The position numbers and the translations under genes are program-made. A DNA stretch of 63,135 bases, taken from the sequence record SRR20825010_80. One strand, written 5' to 3'. This document shows positions 8,974 through 20,084 of the stretch, in pieces. The notes beneath the pieces are model-generated. The model did not search any database. It saw only the letters and a program-made list of their open reading frames with translations, and was not told where the DNA came from. The stretch's first letter is position 1; every line of letters begins with the position of its first letter.

Positions 8974-11334
8974 TTAAAAATCTATCACCACACCAAAGGT
9001 TGGAATGGTAGAGCCATTATTGGTATCTGGAATTTCAATCAGATTTCTTGGCATTATCACTTCCCCATTATCATCCAAATCAAGTCCATACTGAGACGAT
9101 TGTGGTAATTTACTTCCTAACAAATTGGTTACTTCAATAAACAAGTTTAACGACCATTTGCTGTAATTCCATTTCTTATCAACCCTAATATCCAAAGAGT
9201 TATAAGCCCTTAGGCGCTCATTACCAAGTCTACCATAATCATTAATAATGGTTGGGTATGAATCCTCAGTAGCCTCAATATTAACAGGCACAAATGGAGC
9301 TTTACCGAGAAAGCGGTTTCTAACCCCAAGCTCCCAGCTACTATTCAGTTTATAACCACCTGTAAAGGTCAGTAAATGACGATTATCCCATAATGCTGGG
9401 CGGTAGCCTGTATCATTCAAGTCGGTATATTCGCTCCAAAATAGCGTATAAGCCAATATCCCGTAGAATCGTTTGTTCAGCTTTTGCTGATATAAAAGCT
9501 CCGCTCCATAGGCACGACCTTTCCCGATACTGGAAATATTTTCGCTACCAAACACTTCGAAATCTCCTCCCAAATTGGCCAAAGAAACTCCGTCTCTGAT
9601 GGATACTGGGTAGTTTTCGTAGCGCTTATAGAATCCTTCGATTGTGAATCGAGTAGATAACCTAGGCAAGTACTCTAAGCCCAAGACATAATGATCTGTC
9701 CGAATGTAATCGGCATCTTGGTTTACAAACTCCCCTGCATTGTTCTGGAAACCCAAAATGGTATAAGGAGGTATCTTGAAATAGCGTCCAGTGGCAGCAT
9801 TAAGTGTAAATTTCTCAGACAAACGATAGGCCAAGGAAAGCCGAGGTGAAAGGTGTGCAATGTCACTAAAGCCATTATCGATAAATGAATCAGCATCATT
9901 CCTAATTCCAAATGAGGCTTCTAACCTATTGTCGAAGAATGTTTTGGCAGCCTGTACAAAAAGCCCATACTTAAAGAAGTCTATCTCAGAATTAAAGTTA
10001 AGCCCATTATCATTGTCAAAAGTGGAATTCTCATAAGCCGACTTTTGAAGGTTTAAGCCATATGATAATGACCAATCCCCCAAAAATTTAGTGGCCTCAA
10101 CTCTCAACTTTTGCTCGGTCTCTCTAGCGTTATTACTGAACAGTAAGCCAGTTTCATTAATATTATCTTCATACCTCACAAAATCATTATTCAACACATT
10201 TGCACTCAGGGTTGTCCTTAAAAAACCATTGTTCATCTTGCGTTTCCAGCTGAACCCCAATGTGGAAGTCCACTGTTTGATAATGGCAATTTGATCTAAT
10301 GTTGCTTGTTGCTCTTCAGTAATGTCATCGGGAGTGTTTACACTAAAGTCATCAATAGAGCCTACGCCTATCAACGAGATTTCATTCTTATCATCAATCT
10401 TATAATCTACCTTGTATTGATAATCCCAATAATCGGGTAAAAACGGAAGGTCAATTAATTTGAAAAGGAATTGCAGGTAAGATCTTCTCGCAGAAATAAT
10501 GAAGGTAGTTTTCGCTTGTTCCTCTTCTTTAGGCAGAACCAATGGCCCTTCAAAAGTTAGAGCTGCTTCGCTTGCTCCTAATCTGAAATTGAGGTTCCTA
10601 TTGCGCGAATTTCCGTTACGTTGATTGAACTGCAACACTCCAGAAAGCGCATTATCATATTTGGCGGAAAACGAGCTGGTGCTCAGTGTAACATCTTCAA
10701 TAAACGATACATTGAGCAAACCCACTGGCCCACCAGCACTACCTTGCGTGGCAAAATGATTGATATTAGGAATCTCAACTCCATCTAAATAATATACATT
10801 CTCGCTTGGTGCACCTCCACGAATAATGATATCATTTCTAAAACCTACTGAACCAGAAACACCCGGCAAAGACTGGACGACTTTGGCGATATCGTTATTG
10901 CCGCCAGGGTATGTGGCAATTTCTTCTCTAGATAAATTCTGAATCGAGTTTGGGTTCTCTATTCTGGAGGGGAAAGGACTGGCCGTGACGACTACTTCAC
11001 CCAACTCATCCTGAACCTCTTCCAGCTCAAAGATTAATTCGGCATTACCGGCAGAACGGACAATCACATTGAATTTAACTTGAGGTTGAAAGCCCACAAA
11101 CCGAGCCTCCACTTTGTAGGTTTGCGTGGGTACCTTTTCAATTTTAAAAAAGCCATTAGCGTCTGTAACAGCTCCCAAACTGGTTTCTGCCAAACTCACA
11201 GTAGCTCCAATTAAAGGCTGTTGGTCTTTGGCCGAATAAACGTACCCCTGAAGCGTTGTTTGGGTTTGCCCAAATAGTTGAATAGAAAAGCTTAAGCCTA
11301 TAAGAAGGAAAGCAAAAAAACCTGATTTCATCAC
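8974..11334 (-). CDS. TonB-dependent receptor
   Basis: N-terminal CarboxypepD_reg-like domain, plug motif LPGV...IIIRGG...YYLDG, C-terminal Phe. Confidence 0.92.
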   Translation of the reverse strand: MMKSGFFAFLLIGLSFSIQLFGQTQTTLQGYVYSAKDQQPLIGATVSLAETSLGAVTDANGFFKIEKVPTQTYKVEARFVGFQPQVKFNVIVRSAGNAELIFELEEVQDELGEVVVTASPFPSRIENPNSIQNLSREEIATYPGGNNDIAKVVQSLPGVSGSVGFRNDIIIRGGAPSENVYYLDGVEIPNINHFATQGSAGGPVGLLNVSFIEDVTLSTSSFSAKYDNALSGVLQFNQRNGNSRNRNLNFRLGASEAALTFEGPLVLPKEEEQAKTTFIISARRSYLQFLFKLIDLPFLPDYWDYQYKVDYKIDDKNEISLIGVGSIDDFSVNTPDDITEEQQATLDQIAIIKQWTSTLGFSWKRKMNNGFLRTTLSANVLNNDFVRYEDNINETGLLFSNNARETEQKLRVEATKFLGDWSLSYGLNLQKSAYENSTFDNDNGLNFNSEIDFFKYGLFVQAAKTFFDNRLEASFGIRNDADSFIDNGFSDIAHLSPRLSLAYRLSEKFTLNAATGRYFKIPPYTILGFQNNAGEFVNQDADYIRTDHYVLGLEYLPRLSTRFTIEGFYKRYENYPVSIRDGVSLANLGGDFEVFGSENISSIGKGRAYGAELLYQQKLNKRFYGILAYTLFWSEYTDLNDTGYRPALWDNRHLLTFTGGYKLNSSWELGVRNRFLGKAPFVPVNIEATEDSYPTIINDYGRLGNERLRAYNSLDIRVDKKWNYSKWSLNLFIEVTNLLGSKLPQSSQYGLDLDDNGEVIMPRNLIEIPDTNNGSTIPTFGVVIDF

Positions 11335-11340
11335 AATCTG

Positions 11341-12048
11341 TTACCTGTATTTCTTAAGGTGTTTGTATAACACCTGCATATCCTTAGGATAATCTGCTTT
11401 AACAGTAATTTGTTCAGAAAAATTATTGAAAGAGAGCGCGTAAGCATGAAGCGCAAAACGCTGTATAATCGGCCTTTCCACTTCTTCCCTTTTTAAATTG
11501 AATTTTTTCTTGAGCTGTGAAAGGAAAAGCGGCTTTCCACCATACATTTCGTCATTAATAATTGGCGCTTTCAAAGTAGCCAAGTGAATCCTGATCTGAT
11601 GCATTCGACCAGTGATGGGCCTACATTCAATCAGTGAATTAGCCTTGAAGTTTACCAGTGTAGTAAAATAAGTTTCTGCTTCTTTTCCCTTTTCCTTATT
11701 GATCACCACAATTCCCTTGTCCAAAGGTAAAATGGACAGTGCTACTCGCTCTTCTCTAAACTCAGTAAGCCCATCCACAAAAGCATGGTAAACTTTGTTG
11801 ATGTTCCTTTTTTCAAACTGAATAGAGGCATGACGGTAGGCCTCAGGCCCTTTGGCCAACAGTAGGCATCCAGAAGTATCCTTATCTAATCTATGGCATA
11901 CTGAAAGATGCTCCGAATACTCCTTTGCAAGCTTCTGAACATTCTTAGGGTCATTTCGGTCGTCAAGAGAAGCCATGTGAGCCGGCTTATTAACCACCAA
12001 AAAATGATCATTTTCGTAACAGATTAGATCTTCAAATTTATTCTTCAT
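11341..12048 (-). CDS. RluA-family pseudouridine synthase
   Basis: VNKP, HRLDKDTSG, TGRMHQIRIH, ALHA. Confidence 0.93.
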   Translation of the reverse strand: MKNKFEDLICYENDHFLVVNKPAHMASLDDRNDPKNVQKLAKEYSEHLSVCHRLDKDTSGCLLLAKGPEAYRHASIQFEKRNINKVYHAFVDGLTEFREERVALSILPLDKGIVVINKEKGKEAETYFTTLVNFKANSLIECRPITGRMHQIRIHLATLKAPIINDEMYGGKPLFLSQLKKKFNLKREEVERPIIQRFALHAYALSFNNFSEQITVKADYPKDMQVLYKHLKKYR

Positions 12049-12074
12049 GAATGGGTAGAGTATGGGTAATAGGC

Positions 12075-13160
12075 TTAATCCTCAGATTCAAATTCGTCAT
12101 AGTCTGGCGAATCCAAATCTTCTTCCTTCGACAAAGGTAATTTAAAACTGAATGTAGACCCCTTCCCAAAGGTACTTATCACTGATACTTTAGAGTTATG
12201 GGCTTCCATAATGTGTTTTACAATGGCCAAACCTAGCCCAGTCCCTCCTTTTCTGCCTTTAGATCGGCTTTTCTCCACCCTAAAGAAGCGCTCAAAAACT
12301 CTTGCTAAGTCTTCTGGCGGAATGCCCATTCCAGTATCTCTGACGGACACAGTTACATGGCCCGAGGAAACACTAAAGCCAAGGATTATCTCACCTTTAT
12401 CCGTGTATTTATTGGCATTGGACACTAAATTTGTAAGTACACGATATATTTTTTCGGAATCAGCATATACAAAAATTGGATGGTTGTACTCCTGGTCAAA
12501 GCCAATATACAGCCCCTTCCTTTCTACCTTATTCTCAAACTGATCTAACACTTCTCCGGCCATTTCAACAATATCGAAATGCTCAAAGTGCATTTTAGTT
12601 TCGCCCAATTCAATCTGAGAAAGGGTCAGCAAATCATGAATCAGAGCATCTAGGCTGTCCAAGCTTTTTGCCGCCCTTTTTAAAAACTTGATTCTTACGG
12701 TGCTGTCATCAATTGCACCATCCAAAAGTGTATGCACAAAGCCCTGCGCAGCAAATACGGGAGTCTTTAATTCGTGGCTGACATCTGCTAAAAACTCCCT
12801 TCGGAAAGTCTCCACTTTCTTAAGTTCTTCAATCTCTCTTTGCCTCCCCATAGCATAGGTGAAAATTTCCTGATTGATCCTTTTTAATGGATTAAGGTGT
12901 TTACGTTCTTCTTCCTCCTCAATAAATGAAAAGTTCTTCTTCCGGATTTTATTCAGCACCTCATAAATCTTACTGATCTCCTTAAAGACCAGAAATTCGA
13001 AGGTAACGTAGGTGAAGATATAGGTGGCTGCAAATGAAATCAGGCCCCCAATAATGAGTGCCTGAACTGGTATTTCTGAAACCAAAGACAGAAATGCTGT
13101 GGTAATAAGGCCAACAACAAAGGCCAAAAGCAATGCAACTGCCTTGGAATTAAAAAGCAT
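12075..13160 (-). CDS. Sensor histidine kinase (PhoR-like)
   Basis: Two TM segments, DVSHELKTP H-box, NLVSNA, DTGMGI, GTGLGL. Confidence 0.9.
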   Translation of the reverse strand: MLFNSKAVALLLAFVVGLITTAFLSLVSEIPVQALIIGGLISFAATYIFTYVTFEFLVFKEISKIYEVLNKIRKKNFSFIEEEEERKHLNPLKRINQEIFTYAMGRQREIEELKKVETFRREFLADVSHELKTPVFAAQGFVHTLLDGAIDDSTVRIKFLKRAAKSLDSLDALIHDLLTLSQIELGETKMHFEHFDIVEMAGEVLDQFENKVERKGLYIGFDQEYNHPIFVYADSEKIYRVLTNLVSNANKYTDKGEIILGFSVSSGHVTVSVRDTGMGIPPEDLARVFERFFRVEKSRSKGRKGGTGLGLAIVKHIMEAHNSKVSVISTFGKGSTFSFKLPLSKEEDLDSPDYDEFESED

Positions 13161-13162
13161 TA

Positions 13163-13849
13163 TTAATTAGATTCAAACTTATAGCCCACTCCTTTGACGG
13201 TAGTGATGTATCCATCTCCTATTTTCTCGCGCACCTTTCGGATGTGAACATCCACAGTTCTGGCCAATACATACACATCGGTTCCCCAGATGTTCTGCAA
13301 CAAGTCATCACGACTGAAAACTTTATTTGGATTTTGAGCAAGGAAATAGAGCAATTCAAACTCTTTTTTAGGAAGCGTAAATTGGTTGTCTAGTATGGTC
13401 ACCGTGTAACTGGTTTTGTCAATCGTAAGATCACCAACTGTTACTTTTGGCGTAGATTTTCCCTTCTTTTCTTTTCTGAAATGAGCACTGATACGGCTCA
13501 TTAAAGCACGAGGCTTAATTGGTTTGGTGATGTAATCATCGGCCCCAGCATCAAATGCAGCCACCTCAGAATATTCTTCAGCCCTAGCGGTCAGGAAAGT
13601 AATATGGGCATTCACCATTTCGGGGAGTTCCCTAATTTGTCGACAAGTTTCAACCCCATCTTGGTGGGGCATCATAATGTCTAACAAAACCAGTTCAGGC
13701 TGAAATGTCTTTGCGATTTGCACTCCTTTTTTGCCATCTTCGGCTACTTTCACTTCGTAGCCCTCTTTTACAAGGTTGTATTTTAGTAGTTCAAGGATAT
13801 CCGGATCATCGTCTACCACTAGCACTCGGTGGTTTTGCTTAGCACCCAT
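13163..13849 (-). CDS. OmpR/PhoB-family response regulator
   Basis: VVDDD, LLDIMMP, DDYITKP, RTVDVHIRKVREK. Confidence 0.93.
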   Translation of the reverse strand: MGAKQNHRVLVVDDDPDILELLKYNLVKEGYEVKVAEDGKKGVQIAKTFQPELVLLDIMMPHQDGVETCRQIRELPEMVNAHITFLTARAEEYSEVAAFDAGADDYITKPIKPRALMSRISAHFRKEKKGKSTPKVTVGDLTIDKTSYTVTILDNQFTLPKKEFELLYFLAQNPNKVFSRDDLLQNIWGTDVYVLARTVDVHIRKVREKIGDGYITTVKGVGYKFESN

Positions 13850-13886
13850 AATTCAAAAATTAGTATTTACCTCAGTTCGATATGAG

Positions 13887-13894
13887 CAAATATA
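13887..13894 (-). promoter_or_regulatory. Bacteroidota -7 promoter box for the response regulator operon
   Basis: TATATTTG on the minus strand. Confidence 0.55.
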
Positions 13895-13931
13895 TCTAAA
13901 AATTAAGAGCCCAATCTCAAAAAAGGTAGAT

Positions 13932-14774
13932 TTACTGAACAATTGACAGTGGATGTCGCAGGTTCTTTACACTCTTGACGTCAACTTCTAAATAGCCGAC
14001 AAATATTTTGGCTTGAAACTTTAAAGGGATCTTATTTAGGTCGTCCGACAACCACACCTTTAAAGTGTTATCTTCTTCAAAAAGACCGTCCTTTTTCATA
14101 ATCGGAACCAGAATCAAAGCATTCACCTTTCCCAGTTTAGTTTTCACTACTTCTCTACCCATAAACTTAATACTAAAGGGCTTTTCCTTGTCATCAAAAA
14201 AGGTGTTGATGGTGATAATCTCACCGACCTTAATTTTATCAAAATCAATCATCCGCAAATAATAGTAACCACTCACCATGTCCTGCATTTGGTTGGTGGT
14301 CATATCATGCTCAATTTTTTCTTTGAGTTGCCTGTTCTCTTTCTCAAGCTTGGCCACAGTCACTCTCTTATCACTCTGATCGAAATAAAGGATTTCATTT
14401 TTACGGAATCGACCTTCAGAAATAAAGCGATAGAATTGATGAGGCACATTACGTGTTGTATCAAAATAAGTGCCCCAGTTATCTCTCACTGGCGAAAAGA
14501 AGTCGAAAATCCCTGATGTGTTGGCAAAGACATCGATTTTGAAAGTCGGTCTGCCTTTCATGGTAAAGATAATGTCGCTAATCTTCAACTGAGCTTCTGC
14601 AGCCTTTATAAAACCAACTGTCGCTTTTAACTCAATTTCTTCACCCGAATTAAAGGGCCTTTCCTTAGCTAGTGGATAACCTTGAGCGGTCATTTCTAAA
14701 GAAAGAGTCGATAAGGAAAATATGAGGAGTAAGTGCTTCATTCCATTTTTTATACTCCCTTTGACAAACGCCAT
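13932..14774 (-). CDS. DUF3108-family exported protein
   Basis: F.SGE.I, QDMVSGYYYLR, VWLSDDLNKIP; true start may be 14741. Confidence 0.8.
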   Translation of the reverse strand: MAFVKGSIKNGMKHLLLIFSLSTLSLEMTAQGYPLAKERPFNSGEEIELKATVGFIKAAEAQLKISDIIFTMKGRPTFKIDVFANTSGIFDFFSPVRDNWGTYFDTTRNVPHQFYRFISEGRFRKNEILYFDQSDKRVTVAKLEKENRQLKEKIEHDMTTNQMQDMVSGYYYLRMIDFDKIKVGEIITINTFFDDKEKPFSIKFMGREVVKTKLGKVNALILVPIMKKDGLFEEDNTLKVWLSDDLNKIPLKFQAKIFVGYLEVDVKSVKNLRHPLSIVQ

Positions 14775-14788
14775 ACCAAAAACTCAGA

Positions 14789-15823
14789 TTATAGTGAAGG
14801 ATACTTCGATTTAAGGTACTCAAGATAACGTTTTAAATCACCTTGATACTTCAAATTTAATTCGTCTTGCAACACTTGTTGCTGTGAATTATACCTCAAA
14901 TAGGACATGAAAAACGTATTATTCGGGACATAAGTCTCAAAAAAGCCTTTGTACACTTCTGACTTAAAACCAAGCCTACCAAAGTTTGTTCTGATCTGAT
15001 CAATTTTATTTTTCTTTAATTCATTTTTCTCCGCCTTTGGCAAATCTTTCATGGAAGTGTAAAGTGAATCCAACGATTTAGCAGCCTTTAGAATATAGGC
15101 TTTGAAGAGTTCTTCATCTGCGATTTCGCTTTGGTATTGAAGCACTTCTGGAGCACCTTCTCCATATTTAGAACTGAGATACATAACGGCTCCCCTGTCG
15201 CCAATAAACGAAGCCAAATTTTCATTGAAGGTAACTGAGTCTTTCACGAATAAAGTGCCGTGCGTAAGTTCATGAATTAATAAACTCGCCAAATCTCCTT
15301 CAGAGCGATTCAGCATATTGGAAAGAATAGGATCTTTGAACCAACCCAAAGTAGACCAGCCCCCAGCAGTTCTTAGCCCTACATCTAAACTATCTTTCGC
15401 TTTAATTTCATTGGCCAAGTCCACCGCCTTTTGCCGATCGAAAAATCCTTTATAGGGAAAACTGCCTACAATTGGGAACTTCCAGGTTTTAGGAGTGAAG
15501 CTGTAGGGGTCGCAGGCCGTTACCACATACATGGATGCTTTACCTTGCTGATCGAATATCTCAGTGTAATTTTCAGAGTAATTAACCCCAAGCGAATCGA
15601 AAGCAAAAGATCTGATTTGATTTACCAAAAGTGCCTTTTGCCTAAGCGAGTCTGGAGTAGATGGATTAGCAATAAACTCATCTAGCGGAACTGTGTTATT
15701 CACCACATGTAATTGCCCTCTCAGTTGAAATAAGCCATATTTAATCAACTGGAAGTTCCATATGCAAAAGACCATGATCAATGCGATCACCCCTAAACCA
15801 ATCCTTTTCAACCACTTCTTCAT
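14789..15823 (-). CDS. Putative zinc aminopeptidase (DUF2265-type)
   Basis: FPIVGSFPYKGFF, STLGWFKDP, IHELTH...FNENLA. Confidence 0.85.
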   Translation of the reverse strand: MKKWLKRIGLGVIALIMVFCIWNFQLIKYGLFQLRGQLHVVNNTVPLDEFIANPSTPDSLRQKALLVNQIRSFAFDSLGVNYSENYTEIFDQQGKASMYVVTACDPYSFTPKTWKFPIVGSFPYKGFFDRQKAVDLANEIKAKDSLDVGLRTAGGWSTLGWFKDPILSNMLNRSEGDLASLLIHELTHGTLFVKDSVTFNENLASFIGDRGAVMYLSSKYGEGAPEVLQYQSEIADEELFKAYILKAAKSLDSLYTSMKDLPKAEKNELKKNKIDQIRTNFGRLGFKSEVYKGFFETYVPNNTFFMSYLRYNSQQQVLQDELNLKYQGDLKRYLEYLKSKYPSL

Positions 15824-15932
15824 ACCAAATATTCACACGAAAATAAGCCTTATTTATTAAAAAGTTGAGTTGTGAATTGAAAGCATTCCCACTATCTTCA
15901 CAAACTATTCTGAACAAACTACCCAATCAATA

Positions 15933-16961
15933 ATGAGTGATAAGTCTGAAAAATTAAAAGCGTTACAGTTAACCATAGATAAACTCGAAAAGTCTTACGG
16001 CAAGGGTGCTGTAATGAAACTAAGCGATGATAAGGTGGTTGACTTGCCTTCTATCTCTACCGGTTCTTTAGGATTAGATATCGCCTTAGGAATTGGCGGA
16101 ATTCCTCGTGGAAGAGTTGTTGAAATATATGGCCCAGAATCTTCTGGTAAAACCACCCTCTCTATGCACTGTATTGCAGAAGCACAAAAAAAGGGAGGGC
16201 TAGCCGCTTTTATTGATGCGGAACATGCATTTGATAAAGGTTATGCTGAAAAGCTAGGCATCGATACTGAAAACTTACTCATCTCTCAACCAGACAATGG
16301 TGAGCAAGCCTTAGAGATCGCTGAGCACCTTATTCGCTCTGGAGCTATAGATATTATAGTAATTGACTCCGTGGCTGCCTTGGTACCTAAAGCTGAGCTA
16401 GAGGGAGAAATGGGTGATAGCAAGATGGGGCTACAAGCCAGGTTGATGTCTCAAGCCTTGAGAAAACTAACTGGAGCAATTAACAAAACAGGATGTTGCT
16501 GTATTTTCATTAACCAGTTGAGAGAAAAAATTGGTGTAATGTTCGGAAATCCAGAAACGACTACAGGAGGTAACGCGCTAAAATTCTATGCTTCTGTGAG
16601 GCTTGATATTAGGAGAATTGGACAGATTAAAGAAAGTGCTGACAATATTCTAGGGAACAGAACTAGGGTTAAAGTAGTGAAGAACAAAGTAGCACCTCCG
16701 TTCAAAATAGTGGAGTTCGATATTATGTATGGCCAAGGAATTTCTAAGGCTGGTGAAATAATCGACATTGGTGTTGAGATGGAGATTGTGAAAAAGGCAG
16801 GCTCCTGGTTCTCGTACAATGGCGAAAAACTTGGTCAGGGCCGTGATTCTGTAAAATCCTTAATTGAGGACAACCCAGAGTTAATGGACGAGCTGGAAAG
16901 AAAAATCAAAGCCAGAATTAATGGTGAAGATGTAGTTGAAGAACAACCAGCAAAAAAATAA
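15933..16961 (+). CDS. recA: Recombinase RecA
   Basis: [27 protein letters not shown]. Confidence 0.99.
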   Translation: MSDKSEKLKALQLTIDKLEKSYGKGAVMKLSDDKVVDLPSISTGSLGLDIALGIGGIPRGRVVEIYGPESSGKTTLSMHCIAEAQKKGGLAAFIDAEHAFDKGYAEKLGIDTENLLISQPDNGEQALEIAEHLIRSGAIDIIVIDSVAALVPKAELEGEMGDSKMGLQARLMSQALRKLTGAINKTGCCCIFINQLREKIGVMFGNPETTTGGNALKFYASVRLDIRRIGQIKESADNILGNRTRVKVVKNKVAPPFKIVEFDIMYGQGISKAGEIIDIGVEMEIVKKAGSWFSYNGEKLGQGRDSVKSLIEDNPELMDELERKIKARINGEDVVEEQPAKK

Positions 16962-16976
16962 CGACTAACAAAAAAT

Positions 16977-17013
16977 AAAAAGGCCGAATTGCACAATGCA
17001 ATTCGGCCTTTTT
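16977..17013. terminator. Bidirectional intrinsic terminator
   Basis: AAAAAGGCCGAATTGCA-CAA-TGCAATTCGGCCTTTTT between convergent genes. Confidence 0.9.
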
Positions 17014-17033
17014 ATATGCCTTTTTTGGACTCA

Positions 17034-18284
17034 TTACCCCGCCCTCATTGCTTCAACTGGGTCTAATCGAGCCGCCTTAGCAGATGGCACGATTCCAGAA
17101 ACCACTCCAATTACAGACGACACTACTACTCCAAGCAATATATTTTTAAGACTAAGCGCAATTTCTAATCCCCCGGCAGGAATAAATGTAAGGAAATACA
17201 CAATCAAAACACCGACTGCCCCTCCAATAAGGCAGAGGAAGATGGATTCAAACAGAAATTGGAAAAGTATAAAGTAATTCTTTGCCCCTAATGACTTTTG
17301 GATTCCAATAATCTTGGTTCGCTCTTGTACAGAAACGAACATGATGTTCATAATCCCGAAACCACCCACTAGAATAGAGAAACCACCTATAATCCAACCA
17401 GCAATACCAACAATATCAAATACTTGCCCAATGGCATCAGCAATGGCTTCTGGTCGGTTCAAAGCAAAATTAGATTCTTCCTTAGGCTTTAGTCCTCTTA
17501 CCTTCCTTAGCATTCCCTCCATTTCATTTTGGAGTTCCACCAAGCCAATATCTTCTACATAACCCTTAGCAGCAATCGAAGGACTCACACCAAACCTGCC
17601 CACGTAAAACATCTTAGTGAACATTTTATAAGGAATATAGATTCTTTCGTCACTACTCGGAGTTCCCAAAAGGCTTTTCCCTTCTTTAGCCAATACACCA
17701 ATAACCACCAATTTCTGACCTCGGCTCGTAATGCTTTTACCAATTGGAGATTCAAAAGGAAATAAGGATTTAGCCACCTCATCACCAATAATGGCCACGT
17801 TTCGCCCACTTTCAATCTCATTTGCTGTAAAATAGCGTCCATTTAGAATATCTACCTCATATACATCCTTATACTCGTTACTAATCCCATAGATGTTAAT
17901 ACTGTTGATACTACTACTTTTATACTTCATGGTGCTACTTCGAGTACCAAAAAAAGCCACATGGCTGGCGTTCTTTAAGTTCGATTTTAAGAATTCGAAC
18001 TCATCATAAGTATTTGACGGCCTTCTAAAATAGATGTAAAAAGGAACATTAGGATCACGCTGTACAAAATTCATTTTATCAACAGTCACCACATTTGACC
18101 CTAAAAAGGAAAAGCTGTCTTTGATATTCTTCTCTAGCGAATCTACTACAGTAAACACTGCTATAATTAACATTATACCAATAGTTACCCCCAATAAAGA
18201 AAGCATTGTTCTAAGTAAGTTGGTTGACAGTACTTGCCAAGCAAACCTAATGCTTTCCCCAAGTAACTTTAAAAACATTCCCAC
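17034..18284 (-). CDS. MacB/FtsX-family ABC transporter permease
   Basis: RTMLSLLGVTIG, GIMNIMFVSVQERTKIIG, AARLDPVEAMR. Confidence 0.9.
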   Translation of the reverse strand: MGMFLKLLGESIRFAWQVLSTNLLRTMLSLLGVTIGIMLIIAVFTVVDSLEKNIKDSFSFLGSNVVTVDKMNFVQRDPNVPFYIYFRRPSNTYDEFEFLKSNLKNASHVAFFGTRSSTMKYKSSSINSINIYGISNEYKDVYEVDILNGRYFTANEIESGRNVAIIGDEVAKSLFPFESPIGKSITSRGQKLVVIGVLAKEGKSLLGTPSSDERIYIPYKMFTKMFYVGRFGVSPSIAAKGYVEDIGLVELQNEMEGMLRKVRGLKPKEESNFALNRPEAIADAIGQVFDIVGIAGWIIGGFSILVGGFGIMNIMFVSVQERTKIIGIQKSLGAKNYFILFQFLFESIFLCLIGGAVGVLIVYFLTFIPAGGLEIALSLKNILLGVVVSSVIGVVSGIVPSAKAARLDPVEAMRAG

Positions 18285-18516
18285 GTGCTGCGTATTTTAA
18301 ATTAGTGACTTCTGTAGTTTCTTTACAAACGCAAAGAATCGAAAAAAGTAAACAGCTATCAATGCATTTTGGTTAAAAAGATCATTCTTGTTCTTGATCG
18401 GGTTTTTGTCCGCCTGAATGGCCAGACCTTTTATCTCTAAAAGGAGATTATCAAAAGCTATTGGCGATTAGACAATTATATACTCTCCTCGTCTATGAGA
18501 CTCAGCCATTTATTAT

Positions 18517-18524
18517 TATCTTTG
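18517..18524 (+). promoter_or_regulatory. Bacteroidota -7 promoter box for queA
   Basis: TATCTTTG. Confidence 0.6.
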
Positions 18525-18565
18525 CCAGCTATTTGAAAAACGCAATTAACGCTAGTAAATAAAGA

Positions 18566-19612
18566 ATGAAGTTATCAGCATTTAAATTCGAGCTTTCTGA
18601 AGATAAGATTGCAAAGTATCCTACCGAAAACAGAGACGAGTCAAAATTAATGGTTTTGCATCGCGATACCGGAGAGATCGAACACAAGATGTTCAAGGAT
18701 ATTGTAGATTATTTTGACGAAGGTGATGTGCTGGTGAACAACGACACCAAGGTTTTTCCTGCGCGTCTTTATGGCCAAAAGGAGAAAACTGGTGCTAAAA
18801 TAGAGGTTTTTTTGCTCAGAGAGCTGAACCCAGAAATGCACCTTTGGGATGTTCTTGTTGATCCTGCTAGAAAAATCAGAGTGGGTAATAAGCTCTATTT
18901 TGGAGAAGGCGAATTAGTGGCCGAAGTAATCGACAACACTACGTCAAGAGGTAGAACAATCCGTTTCCTTTTTGACGGAACAGACGAAGAATTTTACAAA
19001 ACAATCGACACCTTAGGTGAAACTCCGCTTCCACGTACAATCACGAGAGAAACAGAGCCAGAAGATAGAGAGCGTTTTCAAACCATTTATGCCAAGAACA
19101 TAGGTGCCGTAGCAGCTCCAGTAGCCGGTTTGCACTTCACTAAGCAGGTAATGAAGCGCATGGAGATTAAAGGTATAGACATCGTTTCTGTTACCCTCCA
19201 TATTGGTTTAGGTACTTTCCGTCAGGTAGACGTTGAAGACCTAACAAAGCACAAAATGGATTCTGAAAACTATGCTATTCTTCAACCTACGGCCGATGCA
19301 GTGAATAAAGCCTTAGACAATAAGAAAAGAGTATGTTCAGTAGGAACTACTTCAATGCGTGCTTTGGAATCGTCAGTTTCAGCTGGTGGCCGTTTAAAAG
19401 CCAACGAAGCATGGACAGACAAATTTATTTTCCCTGAATATGAATTCAAGATCTGTAATGCTTTACTTACGAACTTCCATTTACCGGAATCTACCTTATT
19501 GATGCAAGCGGCAGCTTTTGCAGGTTACGATAAAATAATGGCTGCTTATAAAGTAGCTCAAAAAGAAGGATACAGATTCTTCAGCTATGGCGATGCCATG
19601 TTGATTATTTGA
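18566..19612 (+). CDS. queA: S-adenosylmethionine:tRNA ribosyltransferase-isomerase
   Basis: [41 protein letters not shown]. Confidence 0.97.
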   Translation: MKLSAFKFELSEDKIAKYPTENRDESKLMVLHRDTGEIEHKMFKDIVDYFDEGDVLVNNDTKVFPARLYGQKEKTGAKIEVFLLRELNPEMHLWDVLVDPARKIRVGNKLYFGEGELVAEVIDNTTSRGRTIRFLFDGTDEEFYKTIDTLGETPLPRTITRETEPEDRERFQTIYAKNIGAVAAPVAGLHFTKQVMKRMEIKGIDIVSVTLHIGLGTFRQVDVEDLTKHKMDSENYAILQPTADAVNKALDNKKRVCSVGTTSMRALESSVSAGGRLKANEAWTDKFIFPEYEFKICNALLTNFHLPESTLLMQAAAFAGYDKIMAAYKVAQKEGYRFFSYGDAMLII

Positions 19613-19636
19613 TTTTATAGGCTTTAGATTTTAGAC

Positions 19637-19673
19637 AAAAGCCTTCTCTGGTATTATACTGGGGAAGGCTTTT
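19637..19673. terminator. Bidirectional intrinsic terminator
   Basis: AAAAGCCTTCTCTGGTA-TTA-TACTGGGGAAGGCTTTT. Confidence 0.8.
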
Positions 19674-19679
19674 CTATTA

Positions 19680-19988
19680 TCAAAAGAGCTTATCTATTTC
19701 AGTTTGCTGTTTTTCAAAGGCGTCCAACTCAACTTTATATTTATTAAGCTGGTAGTTGGTTCTGCCAAAACGAATAATTGTCATTAGAAAAGCTACTACT
19801 CCTCCCTTACCCATGGTTATCAGTAATTCATCAATGGTATGGCCTTCCATAGTAAAACCGTAGAAGCCATATTCTACGATACCAAACACCAAAGCAAAAA
19901 CAAGAGTAAAAACCACCAATTGCAAAGGCCATTTAGCTTTTTGGCTTTTCTCTAGAAGTAACTCACGAAGTTTTTTATCTGAAATCAT
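19680..19988 (-). CDS. Hypothetical two-TM membrane protein
   Basis: 102-aa ORF with two hydrophobic segments filling the queA-ispD gap. Confidence 0.65.
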   Translation of the reverse strand: MISDKKLRELLLEKSQKAKWPLQLVVFTLVFALVFGIVEYGFYGFTMEGHTIDELLITMGKGGVVAFLMTIIRFGRTNYQLNKYKVELDAFEKQQTEIDKLF

Positions 19989-20084
19989 ATCTCCTAAGTA
20001 ATATTTTTAATCAGAATTTTCAAACCTAAGGATAAACATTTCTTACATACCCCCGAGATTCACTCCATTTTCGTAATTTCGAAT

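Noticed and set aside
6565-11334. Cobalamin uptake locus (PduO plus TonB receptor)
   Set aside because: Genes are on opposite strands and separated by ilvE; no cobalamin riboswitch recognised.
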